Below, in pieces: positions 40,505-49,745 of a DNA stretch of 64,000 bases. Made by a program: the position numbers and the translations under genes. Each line of letters starts with the position of its first letter. The stretch's first letter is position 1. The stretch is taken from assembly GCA_012034805.1 (NCBI GenBank), contig JAAUOP010000003.1, positions 6,455 through 70,454 on the forward strand, read 5' to 3'. Below the pieces are notes generated by a model. That model ran no database searches. It worked only from the letters and a program-made list of their open reading frames with translations, and was not told the DNA's origin. The stretch is from Synechococcales cyanobacterium CRU_2_2 (GTDB lineage Bacteria > Cyanobacteriota > Cyanobacteriia > PCC-9006 > JAAUQQ01).

Positions 40505-41596
40505 ATGCAGGCTAGTCAGGTTTTTGAGCAGCTCAATCTGGCTCAGGGTCAGGCCTGCTCGATTCACTTGGCGACGAACCCAGACTTGGTGGGAGTTGGA
40601 GATCTGGAGGCGGCTCAGGCCGGGCAGCTCAGCTATCTCGAAGGTGTCGGCGCTTACGCTCGGTTCATGCATACGACCGAGGCAGCGGCTTTGATCTTGC
40701 CGTTGAAACAACCTGAGTTACAGGAGCAGGCCACCCAACGCGGCCTCGCCTGGATTGCGGTGCCCTACCCTCGGTTGGCGTTTGCCCAGGCGATCGCCCT
40801 TTTCTACCAACCCTTCCGGCCCGAGCCCCAAATCCATCCCACGGCGGTGATCGACCCCAGCGTCAGCCTGGGCCAAGGAGTGAGCATTGGGGCGAATGTG
40901 GTGATTCAAGCGGATTGTGTGGTGGGCGATCGCGTCTGCATCCATCCCAATGTCGTCGTCTATCCCGGCGTCAGCCTCGGAGAAGGCACGGTTTTACACA
41001 GCCATTGCACTATCCAAGAGCGCAGCCAGATCGGCAAAAAATGCGTCATCCACAGCGGCAGCGTCGTCGGCGGCGAGGGATTTGGCTTTGTGCCCATCCC
41101 CGAGGGCTGGTTTAAGATGGAGCAGGCGGGTCGGGTGGTCTTGGGAGACGGTGTTGAAGTTGGCTGCAATAGCACCATCGACCGTCCGGCAGTGGGCGAA
41201 ACTCGCATTGGAGCCAATACCAAGCTGGACAACATGGTACACATTGGCCATGGCTGTACGATTGGCAAAAATGGCGCGATCGCGGCCCAAACCGGCATGG
41301 CTGGGGGCGTGACTGTGGGCGATCGCGTCATCATCGCTGGCCAAGTTGGCATCAGCAACCGCGCCAAGGTCGGCGACGGGGTAACGATTTCATCTAAGGC
41401 TGGAATTCATTCCAATGTCAAACCAGGCTCTGTTGTCTCTGGTTATCCGGCGATTCCGCATAAAGTTTGGCTGCGGGCGGCATTGCTGTACGAGCGATTG
41501 CCGGAGATGTACAAAGTTTTTAGACAAATTCGAGCCCAGGAGCGCCACGCGCAAAACTCGGCCTTAGACTCAGATCATCCCAAGGGCTTGAACTAG
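40505..41596 (+). CDS. lpxD: UDP-3-O-(3-hydroxyacyl)glucosamine N-acyltransferase LpxD
   Basis: Left-handed beta-helix hexapeptide repeats are present together with [11 protein letters not shown]..., [43 protein letters not shown]. The start is set at ATG 40505 ([10 protein letters not shown]); the upstream part of the track ORF is repeat-derived. Confidence 0.9.
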   Translation: MQASQVFEQLNLAQGQACSIHLATNPDLVGVGDLEAAQAGQLSYLEGVGAYARFMHTTEAAALILPLKQPELQEQATQRGLAWIAVPYPRLAFAQAIALFYQPFRPEPQIHPTAVIDPSVSLGQGVSIGANVVIQADCVVGDRVCIHPNVVVYPGVSLGEGTVLHSHCTIQERSQIGKKCVIHSGSVVGGEGFGFVPIPEGWFKMEQAGRVVLGDGVEVGCNSTIDRPAVGETRIGANTKLDNMVHIGHGCTIGKNGAIAAQTGMAGGVTVGDRVIIAGQVGISNRAKVGDGVTISSKAGIHSNVKPGSVVSGYPAIPHKVWLRAALLYERLPEMYKVFRQIRAQERHAQNSALDSDHPKGLN

Positions 41597-41632
41597 CCCC
41601 GCAGACTCTCGTTCTGCCCAAATCAACCCCGT

Positions 41633-42100
41633 ATGACTGCCGGTGCTTCCCACTCCAGCCCCTCGGGTGCTTCCCATCCCCCGACTTTCTCCGACTACTA
41701 TGCTCTGTTGGGGGTATCTGCTGATGCCACGATTCATGCCATTCGCCAGGCACACCGCGATCGCAGCAAGGACTACCATCCCGACACCACCCGGTTTCCC
41801 CTAGAACAAGCCCAGGAAAAATTTCGGCACATCCAAGAAGCCTACCGCGTTCTGAGCGATCCGGCTCTACGACTGCGCTACGACCAAGCCCAAGGCAACT
41901 CCCGACTGCAAGGGGCGAGGCTCAATCCGCCTGTGCCCAGTCGCAAACCGGTTGTGATTTCGTCCTCGGCCTATCTTGAACCGGGTGAACGGCCACTGTC
42001 GGGTGGCGAGCTGTTTGCGCTGCTGCTGTTGGGGGTAACCTTGGTGGGGTGTTTGGCTTTGGCGGTGGGGTTGGCGATCCTGCGAGGCGAAAACTTTTAG
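41633..42100 (+). CDS. J-domain (DnaJ-like) protein with a C-terminal TM anchor
   Basis: DYYALLGVSADATIHAIRQAHRDRSKDYHPD...EKFRHIQEAYRVLSDPALRLRYD carries the HPD motif. C-terminal TM: LFALLLLGVTLVGCLALAVGLAIL. Confidence 0.8.
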   Translation: MTAGASHSSPSGASHPPTFSDYYALLGVSADATIHAIRQAHRDRSKDYHPDTTRFPLEQAQEKFRHIQEAYRVLSDPALRLRYDQAQGNSRLQGARLNPPVPSRKPVVISSSAYLEPGERPLSGGELFALLLLGVTLVGCLALAVGLAILRGENF

Positions 42101-42184
42101 CACAGACAAACGCCTGTCGCTCAGATGAAAGCTGATTCTGCAGGAGAAAGGTTATAGCATGGACTTGAACGCAATCTGAGAGCC

Positions 42185-42454
42185 ATGACCCTACCGTCGA
42201 ACAACACCCCGCTCTATAACCATTCGCTGATGGCGATCGAAACCTGGCTCCAACAACAAGGCTGTGAACAGGACGAGCAAGACAGAAACCTCTGGCGCGT
42301 GGTACAAGCCTCCTGGACGGCGGCCCTGGAGCTGGATGTGGAGAAAATTATTGTGTCCTATGAAGACAAACAGACCCACGGCACTGTGCAGCGTATTTTT
42401 CCTTATTCCCTGAGCCGCCAGGACTTGGAAAACGCGATTTTTGCTGGCCCCTGA
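42185..42454 (+). CDS. DUF3143-like conserved cyanobacterial/plastid protein
   Basis: LYNHSLMAIETWLQQQGCEQD...W.AALELDVEKIIVSY...VQRIFPYSLSRQDLENAIFAGP matches my memory of DUF3143. Not verified. Confidence 0.5.
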   Translation: MTLPSNNTPLYNHSLMAIETWLQQQGCEQDEQDRNLWRVVQASWTAALELDVEKIIVSYEDKQTHGTVQRIFPYSLSRQDLENAIFAGP

Positions 42455-42492
42455 TTTGACTTTGGGCACAGCCGCACGAAGGTGATTCGCCC

Positions 42493-43011
42493 CTAATCCT
42501 CCGCTTGGAAAGGCAAATGCTGGCGGAGAGAGAGAATTTCGTCTCGATGGGCCGAAAGACTTAGCAAACTTCCGGCCTCTGCCGGACGAATGCGGTAAGA
42601 AACCTGTTCCAATCGCGTGGCCTGCCTAAGGTAGAACCAGCCCGCAAGCGGAGCCAACAGCCCTAGTCCAAACCACAGCCGACCCACCTGGGGCAACACG
42701 ATGGTCAGCACCAGCGCAAGACACGACAGACCAACCCAGGCCAGAAATGATAAAAATACGGCAAAGCCTCGACTCGCCTGCACCATGCCTTCCCAGGTGA
42801 CGACGCCGTTCTCACCCTCGAAGGCCTTGACTTGGTAGGCGCGATCGACAAAGTAATCCTTGAGTTGCTCATGCAAGGACTCCGGGACTGCTGTCGAGTT
42901 CAGCCGAATCACCTGGGTGCGGTCTTTTGCGGATGCACGAATGAAAAAAACAAGGCCCACCAGCATCAATGTGGTGAGCAAAAAGGTAGATGAAACGGTT
43001 GGGGTATCCAT
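42493..43011 (-). CDS. CCB1-like (cofactor assembly of complex C subunit B) membrane protein
   Basis: N-terminal TM followed by the FFIRASAKDRTQ motif, with further TM helices (FAVFLSFLAWVGLSCLALVLTIVL). Family assignment is from memory. Confidence 0.45.
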   Translation of the reverse strand: MDTPTVSSTFLLTTLMLVGLVFFIRASAKDRTQVIRLNSTAVPESLHEQLKDYFVDRAYQVKAFEGENGVVTWEGMVQASRGFAVFLSFLAWVGLSCLALVLTIVLPQVGRLWFGLGLLAPLAGWFYLRQATRLEQVSYRIRPAEAGSLLSLSAHRDEILSLRQHLPFQAED

Positions 43012-43255
43012 AGGGGCTGGGAACGGTTGAGATCAGGTCAGATCAGGCCCATTGAAGTCAGGCCCGCGCAAGGGTAAGGGCAGGTGCAGATCAATGCTGC
43101 GATCGCCCCCGCTTATCTTATCTAGGATCTTACCCAGCCGAAGCCAAACCGCCCAGGTGGAGCCAGACAACGCTAATCCCAAAGGCCAGCTCAACTCAAA
43201 ATCCAGTGCATCTCGATCAAGCCCACCTAGAATCAGCGCGTCTGGCCCAAATCCC

Positions 43256-43654
43256 CTAGAGGGAAACGGCCATACTTGCCGTCGCAGAGGGACTAATGGA
43301 GCCAGCACTGCCGCTTTGCTGAAGAATATAGCTGTGCCACAGCTGGGACAATTCCTCAGAGCGATCGCGCCAGCTGCCATCAATCTGGTACATCCGACGG
43401 GGACGGCCTCGGCCTTCCACCTTCTTCCAATAGCCAGCGATGACGCCTTCAGCTTCCAGAAACTTGAGTGCGCTATAGAGCACCGTATCCGACAAGCGGT
43501 AGGTGGGATACTCGGTTTCGAGTAGCTGAATCAGCTCTGTGCCATAGGAATCATGGCGCAGCAGCACAGACAGTACGTAACAAACCGCGAGCTCCTTATT
43601 CAAATAGTTTGGTGGTGGATTACGAAAAAAATCGTAGATATCTTCAAATTTCAT
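43256..43654 (-). CDS. PadR family transcriptional regulator
   Basis: Winged-helix block LAVCYVLSVLLRHDSYGTELIQLLETEYPTYRLSDTVLYSALKFLEAEGVIAGYWKKVEGRGRPRRMYQI. The start is ATG 43654 (MKFEDIYDFF). The C-terminal ~25 residues are of uncertain frame. Confidence 0.75.
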   Translation of the reverse strand: MKFEDIYDFFRNPPPNYLNKELAVCYVLSVLLRHDSYGTELIQLLETEYPTYRLSDTVLYSALKFLEAEGVIAGYWKKVEGRGRPRRMYQIDGSWRDRSEELSQLWHSYILQQSGSAGSISPSATASMAVSL

Positions 43655-44045
43655 GTGACTTGCTACATCAGGGCAAAGTTGAGGTGCCAAAGAGTTCTAG
43701 TGCTAACCTGATTGCAGGGGGTAGAGCCTGCACGCTGATGTGTAAATTCAATCCGCTGCGCTCTTGACTGAGGGGGCATATCAAGATGAAGACTTGCATG
43801 GGTCTTGCAGCTAAATGAGATTCTGTGGGGCTTAGTTTAGTAGTTCCCAAAAGAATTGGGAATAAACCACAGTTGAAAGCAGAACAGAACAACATTCATT
43901 GAATGGACATAAAACAAATCTGCTTGAACAGATTTGCTTGGACAGGCCTTGACTCAAGGTTGCGATCGCAATACATTCGATTCGGATGGATACGATTCGG
44001 ATGTTTCGATGTGTACGGTTAGGTACGATGCGTGCAAACTTCGAA

Positions 44046-45376
44046 TCAGTGGCTGTCAGGACATCCTGACTGTCGTAAACTAAGATTGCCCACAGCGGAA
44101 AGATAAAACTCTCCGAGAATTTGCGAGACTATCATCCAGGCGATCGCGTTTATACGGAAATCGAAGAAAAGAACGTCGAATCCATGGAACAAGGTCAGGT
44201 TGATGAAGGCCAGTAAAAAAGCACCAAAAATGCAGCGAGAGCTGGTTTCTAATTGGCTTTTTTGATCGAAAGAAAAATAATTAAACAGAAAATAATGGCT
44301 AGTCTGCAGAAAAATCCAGCCCATTAACCCGATCAAAAAAAGGTCAGTGGTAGTCCAATTTCGGCCCCCAGCATCAGAAATAGATTGTGGGGATGTCCCA
44401 TCCAGACCTGGGTGTGGGCTTCGTAGAGCGGGGTGAAGTTGCGCAGGCCCCAGCCCTGGAGGGGGCGCTGGCGCATCAGATCAAGCGTAAACCGCCATTG
44501 GGTGATACGCAGGGTGGGGAGGGGGCGATCGGGAAAGTTTTGATCGGTCAATCGCGTCCACAGAAAGCTCGGAATCATCTGCCGGAGCGGTGCTTGGCCC
44601 ACTGGGCTAAAGGCTGCCCCCAGCACCGCAGCGGCAAAGCCCATCACGGCACCCACCACCAGCGTCCAGCGTAAATACAGTGCAGTGACCAGGGCCGACA
44701 GCGCCATCAACCCCCAAGCGCTGCGGGACTGGGTCAAAATAATGCCCAGGGTGCTGATGCAGGCCACAACTGTCCAGAGGGCTAGGGGTTTGAGTTGCCG
44801 GGTTCGCCAGTGGGCCGACCACAATCCCAGCGCCATCACAAAGGCCACGCAGAGATAAAGCGCTAGATTATTGGCATAGCCAAACAGCGAAGCCATGCGA
44901 CCGGGCGGGGTGCCAAAGGCACTGACTGGCCAGGGCAAGATTCCGCCCCACAGCAGTGGCGCTGACCAGCCGAGGTAGAGTTCTCCCAGGCCAATGGTGA
45001 CCAAGGGCACCGCTGACAGGGCAATGATCTGAGCCAGCTGCCGGAGTTGCTGCGGTTGGCCGGTGAGTTCGGTTTGGGCGGCCAAGAGCCAAAAGTAGGG
45101 CAAGAAATGCACCAAGCCCAGCAGTGCTTCCCCCCGATATTCGCCCCACAAGCTGACCAATAGCATCAGCGCCCCGAGCAGCGCAAAACCCCGATTGAGC
45201 GGACGAGCCAGCATCCGAGCGCCGTGGCAGTAGGTGCTGCGCGCGGAACTTGCCACTAGCAGCAGGGCTCCCAGGACGGGAATGAAGGGTAGGAAAAACA
45301 CTCCCAGTTGCGTGCAGCGCCAGGCCCACCCTCGACCGGGTTCAGGTTCAGAATGCTCTAGCAGGGGATTCCACAC
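44046..45376 (-). pseudogene. O-antigen ligase/polymerase (Wzy_C) family membrane protein; frame break in an A7 run at 44335-44341
   Basis: Polytopic protein with LFGYANNLALYLCVAFVMALGLW...LGIILTQSRSAWGLMALSAL...MGHPHNLFLMLGAEIGLPLTFF. With one extra T it continues LIGLMGWIFLQTSHYFLF... (ORF 44046..44336), giving 444 codons. Confidence 0.7.
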
Positions 45377-46181
45377 GGGTTAGGCGGATTTGGGCCAGAA
45401 GGAATAGGGCGGGAATGGTGCGGCTGTGGTTCGTGGCGATCGCCCGCCAACCCAAATCTGCCAAAAACCAAACCCACAGCGCAGGCCCCATGAGGCCTAA
45501 GACACTCCGGGTCGCGGCGTACCTCGCGGCATTCACCGCCAAGCCCCGGCGAGCCAGTTGCGCGGCAAAGTAGCTCTGAATTTGGGCGGCGGCCCGCCCC
45601 CCCTGCTTGAGGGCTTCCTGGGCTAGCTGCTGTTTCGCGGCGTAAAGCATGACCTGGTGGGCGATGTGCCGCAGTACGAGGGGGCGCACCAGGGTACTGA
45701 GGGCCAGGGCGCTGCCGCCTTCTAGGGCCAGGCGCAGGCTGTCATTGTGCAGCAGGTGTTTGAGGTCGTTGTTTTCGGGAGCGGTTTGCAAGGAGGTGTG
45801 GATCGTTTGGGTGAGGCGCGATCGCTCCCCCTCGGGCAAGCGCTTGAGCGTATTTTGCAACAGATGCAAAAAGATTTCTGCCTCCAAGTCGTCCGTGGTA
45901 AATGCGTCGGTGTAGGGAATTTTGAGGTGGCGACAGGTTTGGCTCAAGATGGTTCGGTAGGGCAGTTGCTGGGCGTCGCCGCGCAGGGTGGTGAGCCCGT
46001 CGGCGGCGAGGAAGCAAATTCGATCTTCAATCGCCTGCAGTTGGCGATCGTAGGCCCATCGTCGAATTTCTTCGGGGGCAGGGGTCTGCATGTAGTCTAA
46101 GGGATTAAAGCGCGGCCGAAACAGAACATCGACCAAGGCGTCGAGCTCTTCTTCGGTAGCGAGCGCCAAAGCTTCCCTCAT
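45348..46181 (-). CDS. YaaW/UPF0174-like family protein
   Basis: MREALALATEEELDALVDVLFRPRFNPLDYMQTPAPEEI...ICFLAADGLTTLRGDAQQLPYRTILSQTCRHLKIPYTDAFTTDDLEAEIFLHLL matches the family pattern from memory. The start is set at ATG 46181; upstream codons in the track ORF are repeat-derived. Confidence 0.45.
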   Translation of the reverse strand: MREALALATEEELDALVDVLFRPRFNPLDYMQTPAPEEIRRWAYDRQLQAIEDRICFLAADGLTTLRGDAQQLPYRTILSQTCRHLKIPYTDAFTTDDLEAEIFLHLLQNTLKRLPEGERSRLTQTIHTSLQTAPENNDLKHLLHNDSLRLALEGGSALALSTLVRPLVLRHIAHQVMLYAAKQQLAQEALKQGGRAAAQIQSYFAAQLARRGLAVNAARYAATRSVLGLMGPALWVWFLADLGWRAIATNHSRTIPALFLLAQIRLTRVESPARAF

Positions 46182-46221
46182 TTCGTTCACGTGGGCCTCT
46201 CCATCCAAAAGTGAGCGATCG

Positions 46222-46278
46222 CAGTCGGTGAAATCCAGTCGGTGCAATCCAGTCGGTGAAATCCAGTCGGTGCAATGC
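46222..46278. repeat. 14-bp tandem repeat x4 (CAGTCGGTGMAATC) upstream of the YaaW-like gene
   Basis: Read directly. Alternating A/C variant units. The array starts 41 nt upstream of ATG 46181 (minus-strand gene). Confidence 0.9.
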
Positions 46279-46426
46279 AATCAGTAAAATGTAATTAACG
46301 CAAAAACGACAAACAAAACCCAACAAGACGGGGCCAAAGCCTTGAGCTCGTCAGGTTCTGTACGGTTGAACCGGTGTCTTCTGAGGTAAACATCCCCTGG
46401 GGAGATATCTTCAAGCGCAGAGGAAA

Positions 46427-46615
46427 TTAATCCGTTGCGCCCATGCCCATTGAAGAATTGCCATCATCATCTTTCTTCTCATCGCCGTCAGCATTTTGAG
46501 AACGGCTATCGTACCGACGCCCGTTCCGACCCCGCTGGGGACGCTTACGAAACTTACGGGCATAGGCCTCGTTCCGAAGGGCCTTTTCTTTTTTTAGGTT
46601 GCGGCGCTTCGCCAT
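46427..46615 (-). CDS. small basic hypothetical protein (62 aa)
   Basis: MAKRRNLKKEKALRNEAYARKFRKRPQRGRNGRRYDSRSQNADGDEKKDDDGNSSMGMGATD. Internal ATG 46615 of track ORF 46427..46858. The N-terminal two-thirds is Lys/Arg-rich. Family not recognised. Confidence 0.4.
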   Translation of the reverse strand: MAKRRNLKKEKALRNEAYARKFRKRPQRGRNGRRYDSRSQNADGDEKKDDDGNSSMGMGATD

Positions 46616-47131
46616 AGAAACCTCGTGAATAACAGTGGACAGGAAATCAAGGCACAAGCGCCCAGTATAGCAATTTTCAGGCGGGTAAAGCACAGCTGCC
46701 GGGACGAACTGCGGCTTGTTCGGACTGGGAGCGCACTTTAGCAGACTGGGAAACGCGATCGAACCAACGCTCAGGAGATCCAACCTAGCACAAATCCGAA
46801 TGGCTTTGCTGGGCGATCGATGCTCGATCGCCCCCTCGATCGCCTCGGCTTGTTGCATACAGATTCACAAACCCTTTAAACCTGAAGGTTTAGGTCTGAA
46901 GGCTTCGCCCTGGGGCTAGTGGATGCCTCCGGGGCTTTGGACGTCGCCCGTCAGGGGCGCGAAACCCTCTCTAGAAAAGGGATTTGCCCCCTGTTGTCCT
47001 GTCTTGAGCAGTTCCACGGGGATTTGCTGGGGTTTAATTTTTGCAGACAACAAAAACGAGAAAATCCGCTGAGACCGTTGCAAAGTTCCCTGCGTAACCT
47101 GGTGAGACAACATCATCAGGGTTAATTCAGT

Positions 47132-47590
47132 ATGTCTCAGCTTGCCCCCTTACAGTTGGACGACGGTACCCTCATTTATATCGAAGCCACCGAAGACCAT
47201 GCCATGGTTGCTCGACGCGGGCCGCTGGTGGCCGTTGCTGATCCGGTATTGGCTGATTCGGCATTGGCAGAGTCAGAATCTGCGCCGGTCGAACCGGCTC
47301 GGGTGGGTAAAGGTTGGCACAATTCGGCTCGGGTGCTTCAGGGTGCGGCGATCGCCCCCACGCATCACAAATCGCAGTTTCAGGCGATCGAACGCACGAT
47401 TCAAGGCTACACCCAGCATACGCTCAACGCCTTTCGCCAAGCCGCTTTGTCGGGACTGTCTAACGTGGACAAGGTGACACTAGAATTTGGCATTCAGCTG
47501 AGTGGCGAAATGGGAATCCCCTACATCACAAAGGGAGCGGCGGCCAGTAATATCAAAGTGACTGTGGAGTGTTCATTTCCGAAAGCTTAA
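47132..47590 (+). CDS. trypco1 / CU044_2847-like family protein
   Basis: An N-terminal block LQLDDGTLIYIEAT and a C-terminal block VDKVTLEFGIQLSGEMGIPYITKGAAASNIKVTVECSF fit the two conserved blocks of the 'trypsin-co-occurring domain 1' family as I remember it. Not searched. Confidence 0.55.
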   Translation: MSQLAPLQLDDGTLIYIEATEDHAMVARRGPLVAVADPVLADSALAESESAPVEPARVGKGWHNSARVLQGAAIAPTHHKSQFQAIERTIQGYTQHTLNAFRQAALSGLSNVDKVTLEFGIQLSGEMGIPYITKGAAASNIKVTVECSFPKA

Positions 47591-47653
47591 TGCCCGAAAG
47601 CTTAATGCCCGAAAGCTTAATGCCCGAGAGTTCAGCGCCCGAAAGCCTAGCGC
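47579..47653. repeat. 15-bp tandem repeat x3 perfect plus 2 diverged (CCGAAAGCTTAATGC), duplicating a stop/start junction
   Basis: The unit contains TAATG (stop of 47132..47590 overlapping the amidase ATG). ATGs lie at 47590, 47605 and 47620. In the amidase frame it encodes (ESLMP)3 ESSAP ESLAP. Confidence 0.9.
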
Positions 47654-49124
47654 CTGAAGATATCGCGTTCAATGCTGAGCTTGCCTTTGCTTCTGTGCAT
47701 CAGCAGGTGGAATGGCTGCGGGCTGGAGATTGCTCCCCCTTGGAGCTGACGACTCTCTATCTAGAGCGAATTGAGCGGTTAGATGGGAAACTCGGCAGTT
47801 ATTTTGCAGCGGCGGCGGAGGGGGCGATCGCCGATGCCCAGTATAAAACCGAGCAGCTCACTCGAGCTCGCCAGCAGGGCGAAACCTTACCGTTTCTGTT
47901 CGGCATCCCGGTCAGCATCAAAGATATCAATGCGGTGGACGGTTTGCCTCTGAGCTATGGTGTCGCAGCGCTCAAAGACCAAAAGGCCGATCGCGACGAC
48001 GGCAGTATTCAGCAGATCAAGCGCAACGGCCTGGTTATCCTGGGCAAAACGGCCCTATCGCAGCTAGCGGCTTGGCCCTACAGTGAGCCACCGGGATTTT
48101 CGCCCAGCCGCAACCCCTGGAATTTGGCCCATACCTCTGGCGGCAGCAGTGGCGGCGCGGCGGCGGCGGTGGCGGCGGGTCTGTGCAGCGTTGCCCATGG
48201 TTCTGACGGCGGTGGTTCGATTCGAGGGCCCGCCTTCTGCTGCGGCATTGTTGGGATTAAGCCTTCCCGAGGGCGAATTTCGGCGGCTCCCCTGGGTGAA
48301 TCCTTGGGGGGGCTGGCCACCCAGGGACCTTTGGGTCGTACGGTGGCCGACGCAGCGGCGCTGCTGGATGCCATGGCTGGAGCACTGCTAGGGGATCCCT
48401 ATGGCCTGCCTGCACCTGTGGAGCCGTTTTGGGCGATCGCCCAGCGCACGCAGACACGAGGAGAGCTAACCTCGAGATCGAAACTGCAACCGGCGCTCAA
48501 GCTTGCCTTCGCTACTGACTTTCCCGGTTTCCCCTCGACCGCAACGCCTTGTCGGGAAGCGGTGCAGCAGGCGATGGCGCTGCTGGAGAGCGGTGGGGCG
48601 ATCGCCTCAGAAATTACCCTGGAGTTTCTCCCGTTGGTGGCTCCGTTTACCCAGGTGTGGCTTTCGGCGGTGGCCGCTGCGGGTTTGCCTCGGGCGGTGT
48701 TGGAGCCGATGAATCAATGGTTGCTCGATCGTGCCCCCACCGCTGCTCAATATATTCAGGCCCAGCAAGCGCTTCAGATGGCAGCCCGAGCCTTTAGCCA
48801 ACAGTTGTTGCCCTACGATGCCCTGATTTTGCCCACCTATCTCGCGCCGCCGATCGCCCTAGGGGCCTGGCAGGACTTGTCCCCCGAGTCGTCATGCAAA
48901 ATATAGTGGAGTGGATTGCCCCCTGTCCGCTGGCCAATGTCACCGGGCAACCCGCGATCGCCCTCCCCACGGGTTTTTCTGAGGCCGGTCTTCCCGTCGG
49001 CATCCAGATTGTCGCTCCCCTGGGCCAGGAGGCCACCGCGATCGAAATCGCTGCCTACTTAGAAGCGCAGATGCAGTTTCCGAATTGGGTCGATCGCTGC
49101 AGCAAGTTGGAACAGACTCGTTAG
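47590..49124 (+). pseudogene. amidase-signature (AS) family amidase; frame break in a C5 run at 48881-48885
   Basis: GIPVSIKDINAVDGLP...GKTALSQLA...NPWNLAHTSGGSSGGAAAAVAAGLCSVAHGSDGGGSIRGPAFCCGIVGIKPSRGRIS is the AS signature with the Ser-cisSer-Lys triad context. The C-terminal part (VVMQNIVEWIAPCPLANVTGQPAIALPTGFSEAGLPVGIQIVAP) is in ORF 48894..49124. One extra C gives 512 codons. Confidence 0.85.
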
Positions 49125-49215
49125 AATTGGGCCAATCTCTCCCGACCTCATCAGGGTCGCCATGGACAAGATAGGGTGAGCGTCTGAGCAAGCATCCGGT
49201 TTGGAGGAGGCCATT

Positions 49216-49560
49216 GTGCGTCGTCATCGTTCTTACTTCCCGCTGTTCTTGATTTTGGCGTTGCTATTTATGCTGGTGGGCGATCGCCTCCCAGCGCCCG
49301 TCGGCCCTTTAGGGGTTCAAGCCAAGAAAAATGTCAATGCCTTTGTGATTGGCCTGTTTCCATCCTGGAATCCCAAACTCAATCCCAATCAACGCACCGA
49401 GTCTCAGCTAGAGCAGGTTGAAAAAATAAGTAGACGAGATTCTGAGCACGATCCTGGGCGCGATCAGTCGCGGGAAGGATGCGAGTGCTCGATTTTACTG
49501 AATCAAGTTTTTGCTGCCGCTGCGTGGCACCGTCATTCGGTGCTTAAGCCCTTGAGTTAA
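49216..49560 (+). CDS. hypothetical small membrane protein
   Basis: GTG at 49216 is preceded by GGAGGAGG. One TM helix is present (YFPLFLILALLFMLVG). No family recognised. Confidence 0.25.
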   Translation: MRRHRSYFPLFLILALLFMLVGDRLPAPVGPLGVQAKKNVNAFVIGLFPSWNPKLNPNQRTESQLEQVEKISRRDSEHDPGRDQSREGCECSILLNQVFAAAAWHRHSVLKPLS

Positions 49561-49745
49561 AACTGTCTGAAGAGTTTAGACTGTTGCCAAAACCTGTGAG
49601 ACAGCCGAGAAATATCGTAAAAAGGGTGTCATATTCGTAACTTTTCGAGGGTTTTTATCCCGTGGCCCTTGGTGCTAGCTCTGCTGTTATCCTGTGTAAA
49701 CGAAAAAAGTAGGCTCGCGCTGCACTCCAAGGAACCGTTAACAAC

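Noticed and set aside
43033-43383. The 116-aa minus-strand ORF between the PadR and CCB1-like genes, considered as a possible frame-shifted PadR C-terminus.
   Set aside because: There is no recognisable motif and no clear junction in a homopolymer run. It cannot be supported from sequence alone, so it is left unannotated.
43844-43862. The small palindrome TTCCCAA-aagaa-TTGGGAA upstream of the PadR gene, considered as a possible operator.
   Set aside because: It lies ~190 bp from the start codon, there is only one copy, and it bears no similarity to known PadR operators. The evidence is too weak to call.
46912-47000. A GGGGCT... start and GC-rich stretch in the 46860-47131 intergenic region, considered as tmRNA or another structured RNA.
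   Set aside because: There is no tRNA-like acceptor/T-arm partner, no tag reading frame, and no match to the tmRNA 5' consensus beyond six bases.
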